64,000 bases of DNA from an uncultured bacterium (lineage in GTDB: Bacteria; Patescibacteriota; Minisyncoccia; UBA6257; 2-01-FULL-56-20), in contig CAWHOC010000012.1 of assembly GCA_963830935.1 (NCBI GenBank), positions 4,475 to 68,474 of the forward strand. The letters are read 5' to 3'. A program made the position numbers and the translations under genes. The notes beneath the pieces were generated by a model. It searched no databases. It was not told where the DNA came from and was given only the letters and a program-made list of their open reading frames with translations. Of this stretch, positions 59,882 to 64,000 are shown piece after piece. The stretch's first letter is position 1, and each line of letters opens with the position of its first letter.

Positions 59882-60652
59882 TTACGAAGCCCTTGCGATC
59901 TTTATGAGCCCGCAAAAACACATCAGCCTGATGAATACCCATCCGAGATCGAACTCGTACCACTTGTAGCTCAGGGAAGGATTTCCGGGCGCGTTATGGT
60001 GGTTGTTGTGGAATCCCTCCCCCATCGTGATCCAGGCAACGAAGTGATTGTTGAATGCCACGACCGGTAACGGAAAATTTTTATATCCCCGGTAATGGCA
60101 CAACCCGTTGACCAGGTTGTTCAGGAGAAACAAGTACAGCAACATATGGGTTGCGACGATGATCAGCATCGGCAAAAGGCCGAATGCCCACCATAGCAAT
60201 GCGGGCGCAACAACAAAGGGACCGATGAGTGTCCAGCGAAATATGATCCGTTCCGCGAACGTCGGCACGATATTCCTCCCATACCACAAGGTCTTAGGGT
60301 CTCGTGCGGCGCGGCGGTACAAAAAGATGTTTCCTAATTGCACCGGCCACAATCCAAGAAGAATCGGACTGTGCGGATCGCCCTCCACATCGGCGTGCGC
60401 GTGATGGCACAGATGGACCGCGACCCATTCTTTGCGGTTGATCCCGGTGGTCAGCCATAGCCCGAGTTGCATGAGGAACTCGAGGACAGGATTGAATTTC
60501 AGCGAGCGGTGAGTCGAGCCCCTGTGAAGGTACACGGTCGTGAGCAATGATGCGATCTCTGCGACCAGGAATCCGATGACATATAGGTGGGCATATACGC
60601 CCACCAGACGAGATGGAAATGACCCATGATCATAATGCACCTCCCAGGGCAT
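59882..60652 (-). CDS. membrane fatty-acid (acyl-lipid/acyl-CoA) desaturase
   Basis: Three His boxes: 'HRGSTHRS', 'HLCHHAHAD' and 'GFHNNHHNAPG'. Confidence 0.8.
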   Translation of the reverse strand: MPWEVHYDHGSFPSRLVGVYAHLYVIGFLVAEIASLLTTVYLHRGSTHRSLKFNPVLEFLMQLGLWLTTGINRKEWVAVHLCHHAHADVEGDPHSPILLGLWPVQLGNIFLYRRAARDPKTLWYGRNIVPTFAERIIFRWTLIGPFVVAPALLWWAFGLLPMLIIVATHMLLYLFLLNNLVNGLCHYRGYKNFPLPVVAFNNHFVAWITMGEGFHNNHHNAPGNPSLSYKWYEFDLGWVFIRLMCFCGLIKIARAS

Positions 60653-60815
60653 TACATTGGAAGTTTGAAGATCCACTATTAAATGTATACTGAACCGACA
60701 TTCAAAGCCACCGGTGAGTTTTGCCAATGAGGCGTTGACTTAATGGTCGCGGATTGTAGTATATACGCAAAGGCACGCAAGAGGAGTCATTCTAGGAAAA
60801 AAACACGATAATTTT

Positions 60816-61130
60816 ATGACAACGAAAGGACTCTCCACGGGTACGGTGCACACATTGCCTTCGGATCTGCGAAAAGTGCTGATGTCGGACAAGGCCGCGC
60901 GGGCAAAGTGGGAGGACATCACGCCCCTCGCGCGCAACGAATGGATCTGCTGGACCATCTCCGTCAAGCAGGCGGAAACAAGGAAGGATCACGTGAAGAG
61001 GGTTGTCTCGGAGCTCAAAGAGGGAATGCGCCGGCCGTGCTGCTGGATCGGCTGTACTCATCGCACGGACAAGGCGATAAGCCGTTCGGTGCGAGGACTG
61101 CTCGCCGGGCGATCTAAAAGATCAAAATAA
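60816..61130 (+). CDS. YdeI/OmpD-associated-family-like protein
   Basis: 'LPSDLRKVLMSDKAARAKWEDITPLARNEWICWTISVKQAETR'. Confidence 0.5.
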   Translation: MTTKGLSTGTVHTLPSDLRKVLMSDKAARAKWEDITPLARNEWICWTISVKQAETRKDHVKRVVSELKEGMRRPCCWIGCTHRTDKAISRSVRGLLAGRSKRSK

Positions 61131-61140
61131 GATTCAGTTG

Positions 61141-61227
61141 CGGAGACGGAAGGATTCGAACCTTCGAGGGGATTTCTCCCCTAACATCTTAGCAGGATGC
61201 TGCCTTCAGCCACTCGGCCACGTCTCC
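61141..61227 (-). tRNA. tRNA-Ser (GCU)
   Basis: Minus-strand cloverleaf: GGAGACG...CATCC-TGCTAAG..., a long variable arm TAGGGGAGAAATCCCCTC, T arm GAAGG-TTCGAAT-CCTTC, and CGTCTCC-G. Confidence 0.9.
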
Positions 61228-61296
61228 ACTGCGCTTAAAATGCATTAGAAGCATATCAAAGCAGCCGCGAATTATCAAACGCGTTGGGAGCAGTTG

Positions 61297-61476
61297 TTAT
61301 TTTTTCCGTGGCACCTTCGCGCCGCGCTTTCGCGCTTCGGAGAGGCCGATGGCGACGGCCTGTTTGCGGCTCGTCACCTTCTTCCCACTCCTGCCGCTCT
61401 TAAGTTTGCCGCGCTTGAATTCGTGCATAACCTTTTCCACTTTTTGCTGCGCTTTAAGGCTATATTTTCTGGGCAT
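61297..61476 (-). CDS. small basic conserved protein (DUF6496-like)
   Basis: 59 aa, which is below the track cut-off. Hand translation gives MPRKYSLKAQQKVEKVMHEFKRGKLKSGRSGKKVTSRKQAVAIGLSEARKRGAKVPRKK*. Confidence 0.55.
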   Translation of the reverse strand: MPRKYSLKAQQKVEKVMHEFKRGKLKSGRSGKKVTSRKQAVAIGLSEARKRGAKVPRKK

Positions 61477-61599
61477 ATTATTGTAGATTGATTTTTATCG
61501 CGCTTCCTTGTACTAAAGCTGATTTTTTGCTATAATGTGTTGGAGTTTGGAACTTTACTTTATTTTAATAATTCCATTCCGATTCACTATTTTCTATTT

Positions 61600-63103
61600 A
61601 TGCCAAAAGAAACACTCAAAAAAATTTCGGTTGAAGCCACAGTCAAGACCCGTCCGCCGATCGTCGTCGTGATGGGCCATGTTGACCATGGCAAGACGAC
61701 GCTGCTCGACTATATCCGCAAGGCGAACATCGCCGCCCGTGAGGCGGGCGGCATCACGCAGGCGACTGCCGCGTACGAAATAGTACACGCCGACCGCAAA
61801 ATTACTTTCATCGATACGCCCGGACACGAGGCGTTCACGGCGATGCGTTCGCGCGGCGCGCAGGTGGCGGACCTTGCGATCCTCGTCGTTGCCGCGGACG
61901 AAGGCGTGAAGCCGCAGACGAAAGAAGCGATCCAGATCATTGTGGACGCGAAGACGCCGTTCATCGTTGCGATCAACAAGGTGGACAAGACCGGCGGCAA
62001 CTTGGACAAGGCGCGCAACGATCTCATGGCCGCGGGCGTGATGCTCGAGGGCTATGGCGGTCAGGTGAGTTACTGCGCCGTTTCCGCAAAGACGGGCGAG
62101 GGGATTCCGGAACTGTTGGACCTCGTTCTGCTCGCCGCCGACGTAGAGGAATTGACGTACGACGCTTCCGCGCCGGCATCCGGTTTTGTTCTGGAAGCCA
62201 AGCGCGATCCGCAGCGCGGCATCGAGGCCGCGGTGATCGTCAAGAACGGGACGCTCTCGCGCGGCGACGCCGTGCATACGCGCACCGCTTCCGGCAAGGT
62301 CAAGATCCTGGAGGATTTTTTGGGCAAGACAGTGTCGGAGCTCGAGCCGTCCGCGCCGGCGATCATTATCGGCTTTGAAAAGATCCCGCAGGTGGGTGAG
62401 GAATTCGCGGTGGGCGAGTTGGCGGAAGAGTCCGGCGGCGCGGCGGCGTTCGGTGCAGGAATATCCGGCGTTGCAGTCAAAACGGTAAATCAGATCGCAA
62501 AATCAAAACCCAACACACTCAATCTGATACTTGAAGGCCGGCGACGCCGGATCACTCGAGGCGCTCTCGGTGGTATTGCGCGGTATCGATCAGAAGGGCG
62601 GCAAGGAGATCAATATAGTGGAGGAAGGCGTGGGCGACATCACGGACGGCGACATCCGCCACGCGATGGCGACGCAGGCCACGATCATCGGTTTCAAGAA
62701 CCGCGTGGAGAAGGGCGCGAAGGTGCTCGCCGACGCGCAGACGGTGACGGTGATCACGTCGGAGATCGTGTACGATCTTTCGACGGCAGTGGAGGAATAC
62801 TTTAGCGGCGCGCGCGGGCCGGCGGGAGCGGGAGAGCTCGAGGTGCTTGCGCTCTTCAACCAGGAGAAACCGCAAAAGCAGCTGGTAGGCGGTCGCGTGA
62901 CGAACGGCACGTTCCGGGGAAAGACATCATTCGACGTGGTGCGCGGGGTCGTCGGCTCAACGCCGATCGGCAATGGAAAAGTGTTAGGATTACGCGAAAA
63001 GAAGAGCGAGATATTCCAGGCGGACAAAGGAAAGGAGATCGGCGTCCTGCTCGATTCGCAGACGATCGTGCAGGTGGGGGATAAATTAGTGATTAGAAAA
63101 TAA
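61600..63103 (+). CDS. infB: translation initiation factor IF-2, short form starting at the G domain (frame break ~62530)
   Basis: '[16 protein letters not shown]', 'DTPGHEAF', 'AINKVD'. The C-terminus is in ORF 62531..63103. Confidence 0.9.
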
Positions 63104-63109
63104 CCGGCG

Positions 63110-63463
63110 ATGAACTTCCGCTCCGAGCGGGTGGGAAAATTGATACGCGAGGAACTTTCGAAGATGATCCTTCGCGAAGTGGAGCTTCCCGCGCTCGCGA
63201 CGATCACGGAGGTGGAGGTGGATAAGAATTTGGAGGGCGCGCGGGTGAAGGTGAGCGTGCTTCCGGCGTCGGGGGAGAAAGCGGTCATGGCCGAGCTTGC
63301 AAAGAACGCGGGATATCTTCAGCATCTCCTCCTCAAAAAAATAAACATCAAGCCGATGCCGCGGATCGTCTTCGTGATCGACCACGGGCCGGAGAACGCC
63401 GCGCTGGTTGAAAAATTACTGGAGCAGGATACTATTAAGGGCAAGGACGGATTGGAGCAGTAA
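63110..63463 (+). CDS. rbfA: ribosome-binding factor A
   Basis: 'RSERVGKLIREELSKMILREV' in the conserved infB-rbfA order. Confidence 0.85.
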   Translation: MNFRSERVGKLIREELSKMILREVELPALATITEVEVDKNLEGARVKVSVLPASGEKAVMAELAKNAGYLQHLLLKKINIKPMPRIVFVIDHGPENAALVEKLLEQDTIKGKDGLEQ

Positions 63464-63535
63464 GGCCACGTAGCCAAGTGGGAAGGCAGGGGTCTGCAAA
63501 ACCCCTACTCACGGGTTCGATTCCCGTCGTGGCCT
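63464..63535 (+). tRNA. tRNA-Cys (GCA)
   Basis: GGCCACG...GGGGT-CTGCAAA-ACCCC...ACGGG-TTCGATT-CCCGT-CGTGGCC with U73. Starts immediately after the rbfA stop. Confidence 0.9.
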
Positions 63536-63593
63536 CAATTGGAAGTCGCTAAAATTTAATATAATTTTAATGTGGGTTTGGTTTAATTGTTTT

Positions 63594-64000
63594 ATGGTTG
63601 ATTTTAAGAACATAAAGCAAGAGCATTTATGGTACGTTGTTGGGTTGATTGCCACTGACGGGAATCTGAGTAGCAATGGTCGGCATATTAATATAACCTC
63701 AAAAGACAGAGATTACTTATTTTTAGTGAGGAATGCGCTGGGGTTACATTGTGCGATCGGGAGGAAAGCGAACGGTAGCGTAAAAGAGAAAAAATATTCC
63801 GTACTGCAATTTAGTGATGTCGTTTTCTATGAATATCTGAAAAGCATCGGACTCTTTCCAAGAAAATCTTTAACCTTAGGAGAAATAGCTGTCCCGCAGC
63901 AATATTTTCCCGACTTCTTTCGTGGCGTTATCGATGGCGATGGTTGTATTTCGACGTGGATACATAGAACCAACGGGTATCGACAATGGTCGCTTTTTAT
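63594..64000 (+). CDS. LAGLIDADG homing endonuclease (partial, runs off window end)
   Basis: Not in the track because it is open at the edge. Hand translation gives MVDFKNIKQEHLWYVVGLIATDGNLSSNGRHINITSKD...FFRGVIDGDGCISTW, which contains two LAGLIDADG-type motifs. The region is AT-rich. Confidence 0.75.
   Translation, partial: MVDFKNIKQEHLWYVVGLIATDGNLSSNGRHINITSKDRDYLFLVRNALGLHCAIGRKANGSVKEKKYSVLQFSDVVFYEYLKSIGLFPRKSLTLGEIAVPQQYFPDFFRGVIDGDGCISTWIHRTNGYRQWSLF

Noticed and set aside
1-64000. An alternative genetic code (for example UGA recoding, as in some CPR lineages) as the explanation for the broken genes
   Set aside because: The breaks are frame changes, not in-frame TGA codons. TGA terminates yebC at its normal length (33018..33020), and TAA and TAG terminate nusA, comM, gyrB, pepF and the PBP normally. 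The two in-frame stops seen are TAA (virB4) and TAG (GH1).

Overview
The window looks like a chromosomal segment from a small-genome bacterium, with gene content resembling Candidate Phyla Radiation/Patescibacteria. That taxonomic call is inferred from gene content only. It spans the replication-origin neighbourhood: jag-yidC-rnpA-rpmH on the minus strand, dnaA-dnaN on the plus strand, and an AT-rich intergenic region carrying DnaA boxes. Housekeeping genes include tyrS, clpP, a membrane pyrophosphatase, nusA, comM/yifB, pcrA/uvrD, rsmA, a class A PBP, ruvC, yebC, ruvB, pepF, gyrB, secE-nusG, rpsR, two ABC exporters, mscL, dus, infB and rbfA. There are three tRNAs. The most interesting feature is a 12.2-kb co-directional operon (13265..25484). 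It encodes a minimal type IV secretion-like apparatus: a VirB2-like pilin, a PrgI/VirB3-like protein, a VirB4 ATPase and a VirB6/TrbL-like protein. It also encodes about six unassignable secreted or membrane proteins. No relaxase, coupling protein or integrase is present in the window. Other second-look items:
- a family of hairpin elements with a conserved 31-nt core
- an identical 34-nt promoter-like block present twice, one copy preceding a candidate sRNA
- a class-I tRNA with a UGA anticodon and G3:U70/A73
- an inverted-repeat-bounded 144-nt element
- a low-GC islet holding an HExxH protein, an HNH nuclease and a toxin-antitoxin-like pair
- an LTD/apbE truncation junction
- a free-standing LAGLIDADG endonuclease at the window edge

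Major caveat: at least about 40 reading-frame breaks affect many essential genes, and many sit at short homopolymers. Most 'split ORFs' in the track are therefore probably assembly indels. Only a few loci (pilB-like, GH1, apbE) look truly degraded. The code appears standard: TGA, TAA and TAG all terminate normal-length genes.
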